From: Octopus vulgaris
Lineage: Eukaryota
Assembly: GCA_951406725.2 (NCBI GenBank)
Contig: OX597814.1
Location: 203,050,001-203,114,000 of the forward strand
DNA: 64,000 nt
Reading direction: 5' to 3'
The stretch's first letter is position 1. Each line of letters begins with the position of its first letter. Under the pieces are notes generated by a model. The model did not search any database, had not been told where the DNA came from, and saw only the letters and a program-made list of their open reading frames with translations. Both the position numbers and the translations under genes were made by a program. Below, in pieces: positions 13,439-27,284 of the stretch.

Positions 13439-15150
13439 GATGTCGCCCAGTATACAATATCGTGAAGTTGCTGATAGAAGATATTGTATCTACCAGGGGT
13501 TTGTACTGTTTGTCAAGTCACAACAAGGACCTCAGACAGACAGTACTTTACACAATATGCATGCAGTTCCGAGTAATGCCAACTTTTGCAATACATCTAG
13601 ACTTTTTTCAATATCTAGATGGGTTTTTTTCAGATTGGATGGTATTGAACCCAATGTTCCAATAGGGATAAGCTTTATGTTTGATTCTCATAGCTTCCAC
13701 ATCTTAGTGGTCTCAATTCTCAGGTCTCCATATCTATCAACCTTTACTCTTTCTTTCATGATGATACATTGATCTCCTGTCACTTCCATGTCAATTATTA
13801 GGCACTGTTGTTTGTCCCTCCTAAAGGTTATAATACCCAGCCTTCAGTGCTTGAACACTTTGTCAATCTGGAAGTTAAAGTCCCAGAGGATTTTTGCCTT
13901 CCACTTTTCGTCATTTATCTTTTTTGGTGTATGTTGGTACCAAGCACCCATAACCTCATATCCATACTTGTGGCATAGTATCCAGTGGAGGTGTCATGTC
14001 TACACTTGTACTCTTTCTATGCAAGACTTTCACAAGCACTAACAATGTGAATCACACTTTCAACCCTCTCCCCACACATTCTGCAGAGGTCTGTTACACC
14101 TGTGTGGTATATATTCTTTTTCACTGAGTTGGTATTCAATACCTGATCCTGGGCAGCAATGATTAGGCTTTCAGTATTTTTTTTTTTAGGTCACCCTTGT
14201 TGAGCCACCTCCATGATGCTTCCTAGTCTTTTAATTTGTTGGTTTTTCAGTGGAACTGACCATGTAATTCCATACAGAGTAAGGTTTCTTCTCTCTCGTT
14301 GGCTGTTCTTGATCAGAATTCATGAGTACTCTCAAGTCCATTTTTGTTAACTCCTTCTGCACAAGCAGCATACTGTAGCAGGGTCTTTGTTGTTTACCAA
14401 ATATTCTGCTATGTTTCTTCTTTTACTGTTGATGCACTCCCGTATGCTAATCAGCCCATGTCCACCTTTACCTCTCTTCATGTAGAGCTTGTGTACATTA
14501 TCCTTAGGGTGGAGGGCACAATGCATTGTCACTGTCTTTCAAGTAGTGCAATAGAGTTGGTCAATCTCTGCTTGTGGCCATTTCAGAATGGGTGCACTAT
14601 AGCAGACTACAACAACAGTGCATATGTTGATAGCAGTCACAAGGTTCCTTGAGTTAAGTTTTGATTTCGAGAGAAATTTAAGGCACTTGAAATATGCAGT
14701 GATGACCTTGTCTTTCATTTCTTTGTGTAAGATATTGTCCAGCTCCAGGATCCCAAGGTACTTGTACCCATCATCATCCAGGTCTTCCATTCTCTCTTTC
14801 TGTTTGGCAATTTTATGCCCCTACAATTTACTCCTTTCCCCCACTTCAAAATAAGCACTGCACACTTTGAGATACGTATTCCATCACTATATCCTTGCTG
14901 CACATTTGCATAGCCTCAACCAGCCTTTCCATTTCAGGCTCTGTTTTTGTGCACAGTTTTAAATCATCCATGAAGGGAAGGTGGTCCATTCTTTCTCAGC
15001 TCATAGTGCTCATTGATTTTGCAAAGGACTACAGAAAGTGGGATCAGGGCTATAACAAATAACAAAGTTTCTCCTTGGAAGAGACCTCTTTTGATTGTTA
15101 CCTCGGCTAAGTGCTGGTTGTTACAAGAAAGACGTGTTTTCCAACTAGGC
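13438..15150 (-). mobile_element. 5'-truncated R4/Dong-clade non-LTR retrotransposon (RT plus C-terminal region), frameshifted
   Basis: Minus-strand pieces IKRGLFQGE..LFVIALIPLS, GYKYLGILE, KLNSRNLVTAIN, HPKDNVHKLYMKRGKGGHGL and QKLALLGTACILCKVL*; (TAA)n at both ends. Confidence 0.85.
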
Positions 15151-18029
15151 ATGCTGTTCTTCTTCTTCTTCTTCTTATAATTATTATTATTATTATGTAA
15201 TTTGGAAAAGATTCTTTGATAACAAGGTAACTGTTTATCTAGATTTCTATCTCTGCTGTTCAAGAATGTTTAATGGGTACCGTTTGTGAGGGCACTATCC
15301 TTAACTAAAATCCTGATTTATCTTTCATAAGTTTGGTCGTTCAACAAAAGCCATCGTTTTCATTTCAGTAACTTTTAGTTACTTTTTCTTAAACAAACAA
15401 AGCAAATCTCCAAAGACTGTAATTTGCTTTCCTGAATACTTTGTTTCCTAAAGATAAAAATCAGTTGAGATTTTATCAACAGAATACATCTAATTTTCTT
15501 TTAATTAAAATGAAAAATTACAGAAAATACAACTATATTTTAATGGCAAATTTCTAAAGAATAAAGAAAGCATTGTTCTAATGACAGACATGTAAAAAGA
15601 CTATTTTCAAATATAAAGTCATTTTATAAGGAATCATTTTATTATTTTATATCTTTTATAAAATAAAAGTTTAATTTTAATTTTAAGTGAAGAATTTAAT
15701 CTCTACCTTTGATAATACTGATATTTTCTTCAATTATTTTCATCTTGTTTTGTTGGAGTTATCAGACTAATATTTGATGTTCTCTATTTGTATTTACAGT
15801 ATTCTTTAATTCTATATGGGAAGATATATTTAATTTTACTCTTTAATAATGTTGGTTTAATAATTTTGGCTTTTACTCAATAATAATTTTGAAAGATAAA
15901 ATGTATTGGTCATCTGAATGATCAGGATTTCAACTAACATCAAATGAACTGTCTCTTCACTCCTTCACAACTGGCTGATCTTGTACCTCCGCCACACAAG
16001 CTTCCCTACTCCACCTTACTCCTATTTCCACCCATTGATATCTTTTTTTTTTTTTTTTTGCATTCAACCCTCTCAGACATCTTACTCTAACTATATACCC
16101 CAAAACATTGGCCCCTTTGGAGTCCTCCTAATCATGTCTTTCCTACAGGTATTAACTTATAAAGATTCAAGAAGAATTTTAACAGCATCAAGTTCATCAG
16201 TCTTGGAGGTCCTGCAAAGATCATGGGCCCTGTGCTTTTGTCAAAATTCAGACTGAGGCTTAGATCTGTTGTGTGCCCCAGGAATTGTAAAACTGTAACT
16301 TAACCTGATTTTCATAGCATATATTTGACCGAGATTATAACACTCACCTCTAAATGGAATCCCAACCTGTCTTGGGGTTAACTTCCTAGCTGTTGCTAGA
16401 ATTCACTTACAGCTGAGTGGACTGGAGTAACATGAAAATGAAGTGTTTTGCTCAAGAATACCATGCACCATATTTTTTTTCAGATATTTCTGAGTAAGGC
16501 TTAAATATCTATTTTTTGTATAAAAGAAATCTTTATGTTCCATGGTGTGTCATGTAATTTGATTGCATCCTGTATCTCCCTTTTAAATTTTCTTTATTAA
16601 GTAAGTCTCTCTTCTTTCAGCTCTTTATGACTCAGAGCACTTCCTTGTGACACACACTTGAGAGTTAATTCCAATTTATTTTTATTTGGAAAATTTTAAA
16701 TAAGACGCCTGTATAGAATGTGGACATTAAATGATGATGATGTATCTTTTAGAATATAGAATTATGAAGAAATCTTAGAGGTAAAGGAACTATTGTATAG
16801 AATATTGTTGTAGATATCAATTATGATTCCTTATTCTAAAGGATCAAAGCAAATCATTACTGATTATCAATAAATATTTCAGTATTTATGCTTTTATTTG
16901 TAATTTTCCTCAACTAATAACAACAGCATTTTGTCTATAATGGCCTTCAGGGTTTGTAGTTCATACATTATTGTAAAATCTTTAAATTATATCCTAATGG
17001 ATGATATTTCTAGCTTGCAGTTGAACATCTACTCTTACATTAAGAAATACATCTTTTACATTGTTTGAATGAAGATATACTGTTTCTTCGGTAATGTAAG
17101 GACTTTCCATTTTCCAAATGTTCACTTTGTTTCTAAGAATTCAGAATATGTCCTCGGAATTGTCAGGAATTTCACTTGTGAGCTTTCTCCTAATTTATTT
17201 TTATTCTTAAATTTCAAATCAAATATTACCCTTTCGAATGGAGTGGTCTCACAGATAAACAAGCTACTTTATTGGATGTCTGTTCTTAAATTTAATAAAG
17301 TACACCCAGTACACTCCACCAAGTAGCTGCAGTAGAAAAGAATATTTTCAAAAGTATGCTAAAGCTTAAGTCTTTTCCATTATGAGGTCTTTTTACATTA
17401 AAACTATGCACTGTTTTCCTAAGTGTTACTATGTGGCTAGCATATCCTGTCATCAAACTTCTCTTCTCAGGTAGATATGAAATAATCTTGTAGAATTTGG
17501 TTTCTGTGGTAAAATGGTCCACTGAATGGACTGAATACATTCACTCTGTCAACTGATTAGTAAATGGAAACAACACAGACTGAACTCTTTAGTCTTGTTG
17601 AGAACTTGACAACCTCTCTACTGCTGGTGCCATGATATAAATGCACCCAGTTATACTGTCTGAAGTGGATGGCAGTAAGAAAAAGCATCTCACTGTAGAA
17701 ACCATACCAAATATGAGACCCATGTAGAGTAAGCAGTAACTCTGAATAATAATTGATTTGGTCCATAATAACCATCCACTCCATTGCCAACATTTGCTAA
17801 CACTGCCCCAGATGTGCCTTTGTACTCTTTCTTTTTTACGGCTCTTTTTACTGTTTATTTTTTCCTATGTCTTATTTTGTTTACTCTGCAATCACTTTTG
17901 GCTTTTAATACCATCTTTTTTTATTTGACTTAGGTCTGCTTTCTGTCCCCTCTTCTACCTTTTCCCTAATCAGTTGTAGTACATATGAATACTGAATATA
18001 ATATTGTTTTGGTTATTACTGCTATTACC

Positions 18030-18478
18030 AAAGCAATGAGCTGGCAGATTCATTAGCACGTCAGACAAAAGGCTTAGCGGTATTTCGCCTGTCTTTATAT
18101 TCTGAGTTCAAATTCCATTGAGGTCGACTTTGCCTTTCATCCTTTCGGTGTCGATAAATTAAATACTAGACATGTACTGAGGTCAATGTGATTGACGTAA
18201 CTGCTCCCCTCAAATTTCAGGCCCTGCGCCTATAATACAAAAGATTATTATTATCAATAAGGCGATGAGCTGACAAAACCATTAGTACACTGATCAAAAT
18301 ATTTAGCTACATTACGTTTGTCTTTGTTCTGTGTTCAAATTCTGCTGAAGTCAACTTTGTTTTTCATCCTTTCGGAGCCACTGGGATAACAACCAATTGA
18401 GCTTGGAGAGGCGATGTAATCAACTAGCCTCCTCCATCAAAATTTCAGGCCTTATGCCTATAGGAGAAAAGATTATTA
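18030..18478 (+). mobile_element. Two tandem copies of SINE family 2
   Basis: Heads at about 18030 and 18260, each with gttcaaattc and tcatcctttcgg, each ending in agattattatt. Confidence 0.8.
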
Positions 18479-19423
18479 TTATTATCATTGTTGTTGCTAT
18501 TATTTATATGAGCAAACGTAAAACAATGATATCTTAATCTATTTAATCAGCTATAATGAATAACTTCTAATGCATTAGTCTCTAATATTTTCATATATTC
18601 CATTATAGCCTAACAGTTTGGCTTCATTTAACAAGATTATGAAAATTACTTTAGAACACACAAAAATAAACTATTTGTCACAGTAAATATATGAGTTTGT
18701 TTTGGGGGGGGTTGTATTTTTGTTTGTATTTCCTAGAAAAAGTATTTATGCACAAAGTTAACTTTTATTAATAATTTGTTTTAATTCACTTCAAATGCTG
18801 ATATTTTTCTCCAACATAATCAGTGAACTTACTTTCAAATAGATTTATACTAAATACTCTATATGTGACTTACTTCATAATGTTGGGTTTCTGTGTCATG
18901 AAAAAGTTTTAAAACGATATTCCTCATTTTTAAATATGTCCAATTCAATTTGCTAAAAGAAATATTTTACTTTGAAATAGTCTTTTTTATTTATTTGCAT
19001 ATACCCAAGGGTGTATGTGGGAGAGAGAGAAAGAGAGAGAGGAGGAGAAGGTGAGAAAATGAGAGTTATGCAAATGCTTTTTTTTTTATTTGGTTTGCAC
19101 TAAAACATTTTTAACGTGTGTTTCTTTTTTAAAGCACCTGTTTTGATCATTTTAAAATTGGCAGAATACACACACACACACAGAGGCATATATATAAAGC
19201 CAATTAAAATGCTAAATATTTTATAGACATTTTAAAATTGCAAATGATTTATTTCTTACAAGCATATTAAAATTCCAAGTGCAATTTGTTCTTGTGATGG
19301 AAAAAGGTGATGGCGAAATATTTGAGAAGTAACACTAAATAAATTTCAAGTTAATTCTGGCAAGTTGGAGAGAGAAAAAGCCTTATCACTTCTTGGGTCT
19401 GATTTTTATCGCAGTATGAATAG

Positions 19424-19600
19424 ATGCAGGCATGGCTGTGTGGTAAGAAGTTTGCTCCCCAGCCACATGGTTCCTAGTTCAGTCCCACTGTGTGGTACCT
19501 TGGGCAAGTGTCTTTTACTATAGCTTTGGGCCTATAAAAGCCTTGTGAGTGGTTTTGGTAGATGGAAACTAAAAGTAGTGACCCATGTTTGTGTGTATGA

Positions 19601-19646
<46 letters not shown>

Positions 19647-20084
19647 GTATATATATATATATATGTATGTATGTATATATATATGTATGTATGTATATAT
19701 ATATGTATGTATGTATATATATATGTATGTATGTATATATATATGTATGTATGTATATATATATGTATGTATGTATATATATATGTATGTATGTATATAT
19801 ATATGTATGTATGTATATATGTATGTATGTATATATATATATGTATGTATGTATATATATATGTATGTATGTATATATATATGTATGTATGTATATATAT
19901 ATGTATGTATGTATATATATGTATGTATGTATATATATATGTATGTATGTATATATATATGTATGTATGTATATATGTATGTATGTATATATATATGTAT
20001 GTATATATATATGTATGTATGTATGTATATATATATGTATGAATATGTGTATATATATATATGTATGTATATATATATGTATGA

Positions 20085-20126
<42 letters not shown>

Positions 20127-20165
20127 ATATATATATGTATGTATATATATATGTATGAATATGTG

Positions 20166-20206
<41 letters not shown>

Positions 20207-20231
20207 ATATATATGTATGAATATGTGTATG

Positions 20232-20266
<35 letters not shown>

Positions 20267-20287
20267 ATATATATGTATGAATATGTG

Positions 20288-20326
<39 letters not shown>

Positions 20327-20340
20327 ATATATATGTATGA

Positions 20341-20379
<39 letters not shown>

Positions 20380-20456
20380 AATATGTATATATATATATAT
20401 ATATATATGTATGAATATGTATACATATATATATATATATATATGTATGAATATGT

Positions 20457-20502
<46 letters not shown>

Positions 20503-20935
20503 GCCGGTGGCATGTAAAATGCACCCACTACACTCTTGGAGTGGTTGGCATTAGGAAGGGCATCCAGCTGTAGAAACTCTGCCAGATTAAGATTGGAGCC
20601 TGGTGCAGCCATCTGGCTTGCCAGCCCTCAGTCAAAATCGTCCAACCCATGCTAGTATGGAAAGCAGACATTAAGCGATGTTGATGATATATATATATGT
20701 GTGTGTGTGTATGTATGTGTGTATATGTGTTACTGTCTCCTTGCCTTGATATTTGTAAATGAATGTCCTTGTCATACAAGCAGTATCCTTCACTTTCAAT
20801 CTTCTGTGAAAATAGTTTGGCGATGGGGAAATATTACCTTACTTGGAATCAGGCGAAGATTGGTGACAAGAAAGGAAGAAAATCTGTCTGACCCATACAA
20901 GCATGGAAACGTAGACATGAAAATCGATCATGAAT
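19424..20935 (+). mobile_element. SINE with family-1 head and RTE-like tail, split by a ~900-bp TA/TG/TATG microsatellite and an inserted RTE 3' UTR copy (20499-20690)
   Basis: Head 19424-19580; microsatellite 19590-20498; body and tail 20725-20935 homologous to 48120-48350. Confidence 0.65.
19590..20498. repeat. Compound microsatellite with 20-bp higher-order unit (atatgtatgtatgtatatat)n
   Basis: Exact 20-bp periodicity at 19661-19820, then degenerate TA/TG/gaat units. Confidence 0.95.
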
Positions 20936-22084
20936 AAGAATCTAATTGCTAGTTTGAAGCACTACTTCGTAGGACACCATGAAGTGTTGACTGAGATAAT
21001 ATTGGTAACATAAACAGCAAAACACAGTTCAGTCAAGTGGAAAGACCAGTTTAAATTGATCTTCTTTCTAGATTAATGATCACCACCAGGGTAATATCCT
21101 TTTTGCCATCCTTCCATCCATCCGTAATGTTCATGAATATTTCATATCTCAGTGCAGTTTGGAAATGGCAGTTCTTACTAATCATTTCCCCATATATATA
21201 TGTTGTTCCACTCTAAATTCTTTCCAGCTTCAACCTTTCTTCTCGCTTTCTCTTTTATATCCTTCTCTACACCGAAACTTAACAGAATGTTATCCGAAAC
21301 TTATAAAAACCCATGTAGTCTATCATCATTTGCGACAGCCTTTAGCCTTTCAAGATTGTCTCTGCCATTTCGTCTTCTGATATTTTCACTACGCAATCAG
21401 CAGACTTGCTAGCTTAAAGCAAACATAAACGAATATCCCCCCCTCTCTCTCTCTCCTTCTCTCTCTTTCTCTCTCTCACCATGAAGCACTGGTTGAGTGA
21501 TGGCATTATCAATGTTTTGTTGTCATGCTTCACTGTGTATTTATATTCCTACATGCATTCCAATTATTTAGTTATATTTTTTTTTCCTTTTTATATTTTG
21601 TTGCGTTCATACTTTTCACCTTATCTTCAGCTGTAAACATTCCGGTTGGTCGTGGTAGGCAAGCTACTTTTCACAAGATCCACTTCTTTAATTTCACTAA
21701 CTGCTAATGTGTGTGTGTTTTTTTTTCTCTTCCCCCCCCCCTGACATTGGTGGTGCCACTATCTTCTGAATGGTTTCCTGGTTGTGACCAGCCACCCACA
21801 TTTTTAGACAATATGATTTTACTTGCTTTCTTTTTTTGTTGTTTTTTGTTTGTTTCCAATATGTTTACAACATTTCAGACCACAAAATCAATACCCAATC
21901 ACTCAATGGGAACCTATTGCTGTTCTTTTGTCTTATATCCAACTCATTGACGTACATATTCCTGTTTCCCCAGCAACAATAAACCCTGCAATTATTTCAC
22001 TGTAATGCTAGAAAAAATATCTTGTATCAAGCATTATTATTGTTGTTCTTGGGGTGGTGAGGTGGCCTTGTGGTTTCTCTCCTG

Positions 22085-22445
22085 GCTCTTTATATTCTGA
22101 GTTCAAATTCTTCCAAGATCAGCTGAGCCTTTCATCCTTTTAGAGTCAAGAAAATAAAGTACCTATTTCTTTATTACCCACAAGGGACTAAACATAGAGG
22201 GGAAAAACAAGGACAGACAAACGGATTAAGTTGATTGCATCGATCCCAGTGCGTAACTGGTACTTAATTTATCGACCCCGAAAGGAGGAAAGGCAAAGTC
22301 GACCATGGCGGAATTTGAACTCAGAACGTAATGGCAGATGAAATACGGCTACGCATTTCGCCCGGCGTGTCAAGAAAATAAAGTACCAATCAGGTGCTGG
22401 GGCCAATGGTACTGACTAATACCCTCATCTCAAAATTTTGAAGCA
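22085..22445. mobile_element. Young family-2 SINE (minus, 22164-22368) inserted into an older family-2 SINE (plus)
   Basis: Perfect 19-bp TSD gtcaagaaaataaagtacc at 22145-22163 and 22369-22387. Confidence 0.85.
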
Positions 22446-23026
22446 TTTTCATATTTGTTTTGATAACCAACCATTCCTGGCAATATTTTAGTTTTACAGG
22501 GGATTGAACCTGATGCTGAGTGATACTTGATTTTGAATTGAGTATAATATTCTTAATTATCTCATATCCTGCTGAGGTTAATTTTCCTTTCAGATTTAAT
22601 ACAATAAACTACCAGTTGAGCACTGGGGGTCTACTATATTAATTTACCCCCACCCACAAAAAAAATTACTGGTCCTATGCTTAAATCAGAAGCTGTTATT
22701 ATCATCATCATCATCATCTTCGAGGAATATAGCAATCTCCTTGCCAAATTGGTATATTTTTTATTGTAGCTTTGATTCTTAAAGAAAACTGAATTTGTGG
22801 TCCCTTTATCTTTTCGCCTTCCATTTTACTTCATGGCAAAAAATCATTACTTTCTCTTTGCCCTACACCTTGTATCTCTTATATACATGAATATCAAGAC
22901 AGAATTGGAAGCACATTGTGACCAGCAGTGTATATCAGCATCTGATGGTCTGGTCAATACTGTCAGACTATGATATACATAAATATATATATATATATAT
23001 ATAATTGTATATATATGTATATTTAT

Positions 23027-23370
23027 ATCATCATCGTTTAGTGTCCGCTTTCCATGCTAGCATAGGTTGGACGGTTTGACTGGACTGGCACACTGGAAGG
23101 CTGCACCAGACTCCACTCTGAATTAGCATTGTTGTCAACTGCTGGATGCCCTTCCTAATGCCAACCACTCCAAAAGTGTAATGGGTACTTTGACATGCCA
23201 CCGGCACAGGTGCCATTTGTGTGACATCAGTATCTGCCATGACTGGAATTTTGCTCAGCTTGATGGGTTTTCTTCTTCAAGTACGACAATGCCAAAGGTC
23301 TTAATCATTGCCTCTGTGAGGCCCAACACTTAAAAGGTCTCAGCCACTTTGCCCAATGTTTGAAAGGAAT
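23027..23370 (-). mobile_element. RTE LINE 3' end
   Basis: Reverse tail catcatcgtttagtgtccgctttccatgctagc, plus cattgcctctgtgaggcccaa matching 61140-61160 (ORF2 end). Confidence 0.75.
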
Positions 23371-23383
23371 TCAGATATATTTA

Positions 23384-23646
23384 TGTTGTGTGAAAATAGT
23401 ACTATAAAGTCAGACAGTCAGTCGTTGTAGGAAGGTCAGTTGTCATAGAGTTGTTGTACTAGTTCTCGGGTGGAGTCAGTGTCAGTTACATGAAATATAT
23501 ACGAGTTCAAGTTACTGTCAAGGTAAGCACTTCAACGTCATTGTCTTGTGGAGCTATCAAAGATAATAAGATGCAGAATATCGCCAGAACATAATAGTGG
23601 TGACAAGAATATTATGCTGCCAACAATAACATAGGATCCACATTAT

Positions 23647-23650
<4 letters not shown>
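23384..23650 (+). mobile_element. Possible solo LTR (~267 bp)
   Basis: Begins TGTTG and ends TAACA; internal tataaag; imperfect flanking duplication attta/atata. Confidence 0.35.
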
Positions 23651-23686
<36 letters not shown>

Positions 23687-23747
23687 TTACAGAATGAGAT
23701 AAAAATCCAAGGCTGTGAAAGATTTCAGAACATTTATAAAGAGAAGG

Positions 23748-23793
23748 TCTTACAGCTGTTTCGGGAATATTTTATATATATCTTCATCAGAGA
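23748..23793 (-). ncRNA. Degenerate minimal type-I hammerhead ribozyme motif (Penelope-like)
   Basis: Minus strand: ucu-CUGAUGA-[imperfect stem II]-GAAA-CAGCUG-UA^aga; palindromic CAGCUG; next to (TA)n. Confidence 0.55.
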
Positions 23794-24419
23794 TGGTATG
23801 AGAAGCACACATGTGCACACATGCTCTCACACACATGCACATGTGAGTATTCTATATATATACAACTATAGTATGACAACTATCTCTGTCCCTCTATCAT
23901 ACTCTAACTTCCCACCTGAGCCACTTCCCTAGATTCCATTCTTTCTCTCAACTAAGAGGTCTTTGTCTTGTAACTTACTCAGTGACCCGATTTGTGCTGG
24001 TATCATGTAAAAAAGCTCCTGTACCAGTGCCACGTAAAAAGCACACAGTACACTCTGTAAAGTGGTTGGTGTTAGGAAAGACATCCAACCATAAATACCA
24101 TGCTAAAACAGATGATTAGAGGTTGATGCAGCTCTTTGATTTGCCAGCTTCTGTCAGACCATCCAACCCATTCCAGCATGGAAAACGGGCATTAAATAAT
24201 AATGCTAAACAGCTATTCATGAATATTCTTATTCCTGTACATTCCCCAGTAAATCATGTGTGTGTGTGTGTGTGTGTGTGTGTGCCAAAATATATGTACA
24301 TTCATTTGTTTAACATGTGGTTTTCTATGTAAGCAAGGGAAAGGCTCTTGAAGCAGGTTATTTACTGCCAGATGCTCTTCATGTTTATGTTTTTTGAAAT
24401 AAGGGCATATATATATATT

Positions 24420-24797
24420 ATTCTTTTATTTGTTTCAGTCATTTGACTGCAGCCATGCTGGAGCACCACCTTTAGTCGAACAAATCAACCCCAAGACTTA
24501 TTCTTTGTAAGCCTAGTACTTATTCTATTGGTCTCTTTTGCCAAACTGCTAAGTTACGGGAATGTAAACACACCAACATCGGTTGTCAAGCGATGGTGTG
24601 GGAACAAACATATACATATATATATATATATATATATATGATGGGATTCTTTCGGTTTCCATCTACCAAATCTACTCACAAGGTTTTGGTCAGCCTGTAG
24701 CTATAGTAGAAGACACTTGCCCAAGGTGCCATGCAGTGAGACTGAACCCAGAACTATGTGGTTGGTAAACAAGCTACTTACCACATAGCCACTCCAA
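24420..24797 (-). mobile_element. Full-length SINE family 1
   Basis: Tail tgtttcagtcatttgactgcagccatgctggagcacc through head cttaccacatagccac; internal (TA)n. Confidence 0.8.
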
Positions 24798-25650
24798 TAT
24801 ATATATATTCCTGCAGACAAAATTAAATAATGTTTATACTTTTATGCCATTTGGATTAGAACAAAGTTAGGTTGTTTATTTTAGGCTACCCAAGTTCTTT
24901 AGTTAAAATTTATTAGATTTGTGTTATGGCATAATGTCTGCCATTTGCCTTGGGAGGTAGTAGCATATTTATGGGGGTGCGTGAGAGAAAGAGAGAAGTG
25001 TGAGAGAGAATGGCCAAACCTCTGTTAGCAAAAGGTTTGATACTCCCCAAAAAGATGTGAGAAAGTTGTGTCTTTCTAAATGGAATGTTGGAGACAATAA
25101 TACTGTTGTAATGGCTCACAAAATATTGACAAATCAAACTTTAAATTGTTTGCTTCCTTTCTTGAAGCAATCAAATTTTATTTTCTATTAACCATTAAAA
25201 GTTTTGCCAACAGATTACCATTCTGAATGCATTGATTTTTATTTCTAGTTTCTTACTAGTGTAAGTATTTCAATAACTGCTTCGATAAAATGCTAGGTCA
25301 ACTGGTTTTATGCATTAATTTCACATAAAACGAGAAGAGGATTTCACAGAGAAAGTATAAAAAAATAAATGAAAGAAATGATAAAAAAAATTTTAGAAAC
25401 TATTTTAAACTGCTTCTGAATAGTGTCGACAAGATGGCTTGACGATCACTGGTAGATATACATCCTCATTAAGTTCTCTGACTAAATCAACACAGTGCTC
25501 AAGCCACAAAATCAATACATAATACAACATGAACTTGTTGCTGCTATTGTCCTATTGTATATCAAACCCATTCATATAGATACTTTTTAATTTCTTTTTG
25601 TAACTCTTTGCATTTCCAAATTCTTCTTCCCCCACCCCCACCCTTCTCCC

Positions 25651-25729
<79 letters not shown>

Positions 25730-26499
25730 CCTCTCTCTCACCTGACTGAGATTCACTGCAAGATTATTAAAAATAACATTTATAGAATCAGAAGAATAAA
25801 ATCCATGCTAATAGTGTGATTAATTTTTGTATGAAATCATTTAAGTGAATTAATTAATCTTTTGTGCATCTTTTATGGAAAAAAAAAAGAAAGAAAGAAA
25901 TGATTAGTATCTTTAATAAAGAATTAATTAAAGTCATAATGTTGCTAACCTTTTAAGTCTTTACAGATAAATTAAAAACTGAAACCAATTTCATTTTTAT
26001 TATTATGTTCTTTTGTATTTCTACGTTAGAAATATAAAATTATATTTAATTTTTAAGAATTTGTTAGGTTATGAAACTCCAAAGAAAGTTGACAAATTGT
26101 GCAAAAAGAATTTTCGTCAATAAAATTTTCTGGGAAGTAATTTATATAATTGATGTCTAACATCTTATTGGGAAAATGACAGTTCATTAAAAATATGTTT
26201 AGTTTTAAATCATGGAAAACAGTCAACTGAAATACGTTGAGTTATTTTTTTTTTTATATTTCTTGCATAATCTTAAATAATTTTTAGTTAGATAATTCAA
26301 ATCTTAATAGATACATTAAATATCCATAATCTTTTTTTTCTTTTTTTTCCACCAATTCTCTGGTGTGTCTTCAAAACTTAATGTGAATGACATGGATGGG
26401 AAGGTCTTCATCATATTCATGGATGTAATCATAAATAGTTTCATGTATTTTTTTGTTTTTTTGTGCATGTGTGTATGTTAGCACAGAATTCTTTCTAGT

Positions 26500-27095
26500 G
26501 GAAGCACAAGGCCTGAAATTTGGGGGACAGGATTAAGTCGATTACCTCGACCCCAGTGCGTACTTATTTAATCGACCCCGAAAGGATGAAAAACAAAGTC
26601 AACCCTGACAAAATTTGAACTCAGAATGTAGCAACTGACAAAATACCTATTTCTTTACTACCCACAAGGGGACAAACAATTTCTTTACTACCCACAGGGG
26701 GACAAACAAGGACAGACAAATGGATTAAGTCGATTATATCGACCCAAGTGCGTAACTGGTACTTATTTAATCGACCCCGAAAGGATGAAAAACAAAGTCA
26801 ACCCTGACAAAATTTGAACTCAGAATGTAGCAACTGACAAAATACCTATTTCTTTACTACCCACAAGGGGACAAACAATTTCTTTACTACCCACAGGGGG
26901 ACAAACAAGGACAGACAAATGGATTAAGTCGATTATATCGACCCAAGTGTGTAACTGGTACTTGATTTATCAACCCCGAAAGGATGAAAGGCAAAGTCGA
27001 CCTCAGCAGAATTTGAACTCAGAACGTAACAGCAGACGAAATACCGCTAAGCATTTCATCTGGTGTGCTAACAACTCTGCTAACTTGTCACCTTA
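26500..27095 (-). mobile_element. Nested family-2 SINEs containing a near-perfect 199-bp tandem duplication
   Basis: 26561-26759 and 26760-26958 are almost identical. Confidence 0.85.
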
Positions 27096-27284
27096 GTATT
27101 AGCACAGAATATATCATTTTAGTGGTGAGTGCATGTATGTGTGTGTTCCCAACTACATAGTCTTGGGTTCAGTCCCACTGTGCAGCACCTTGGGCAAGTG
27201 TCTTACTATAGCTCCACACCAACCAAAGCCTTTTGAGCATACATAGTAGATGGAAACTGAAAGAAGCCCATTTGTGTGTGTGTA

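Noticed and set aside
19532-20612. Long ORFs (up to 347 aa) rich in Y/I/H/T/C/V/M, also at 6868-7362, 30656-30908 and 37604-38440
   Set aside because: Translations of TA/TG/GA microsatellites that lack stop codons; open on both strands and in several frames
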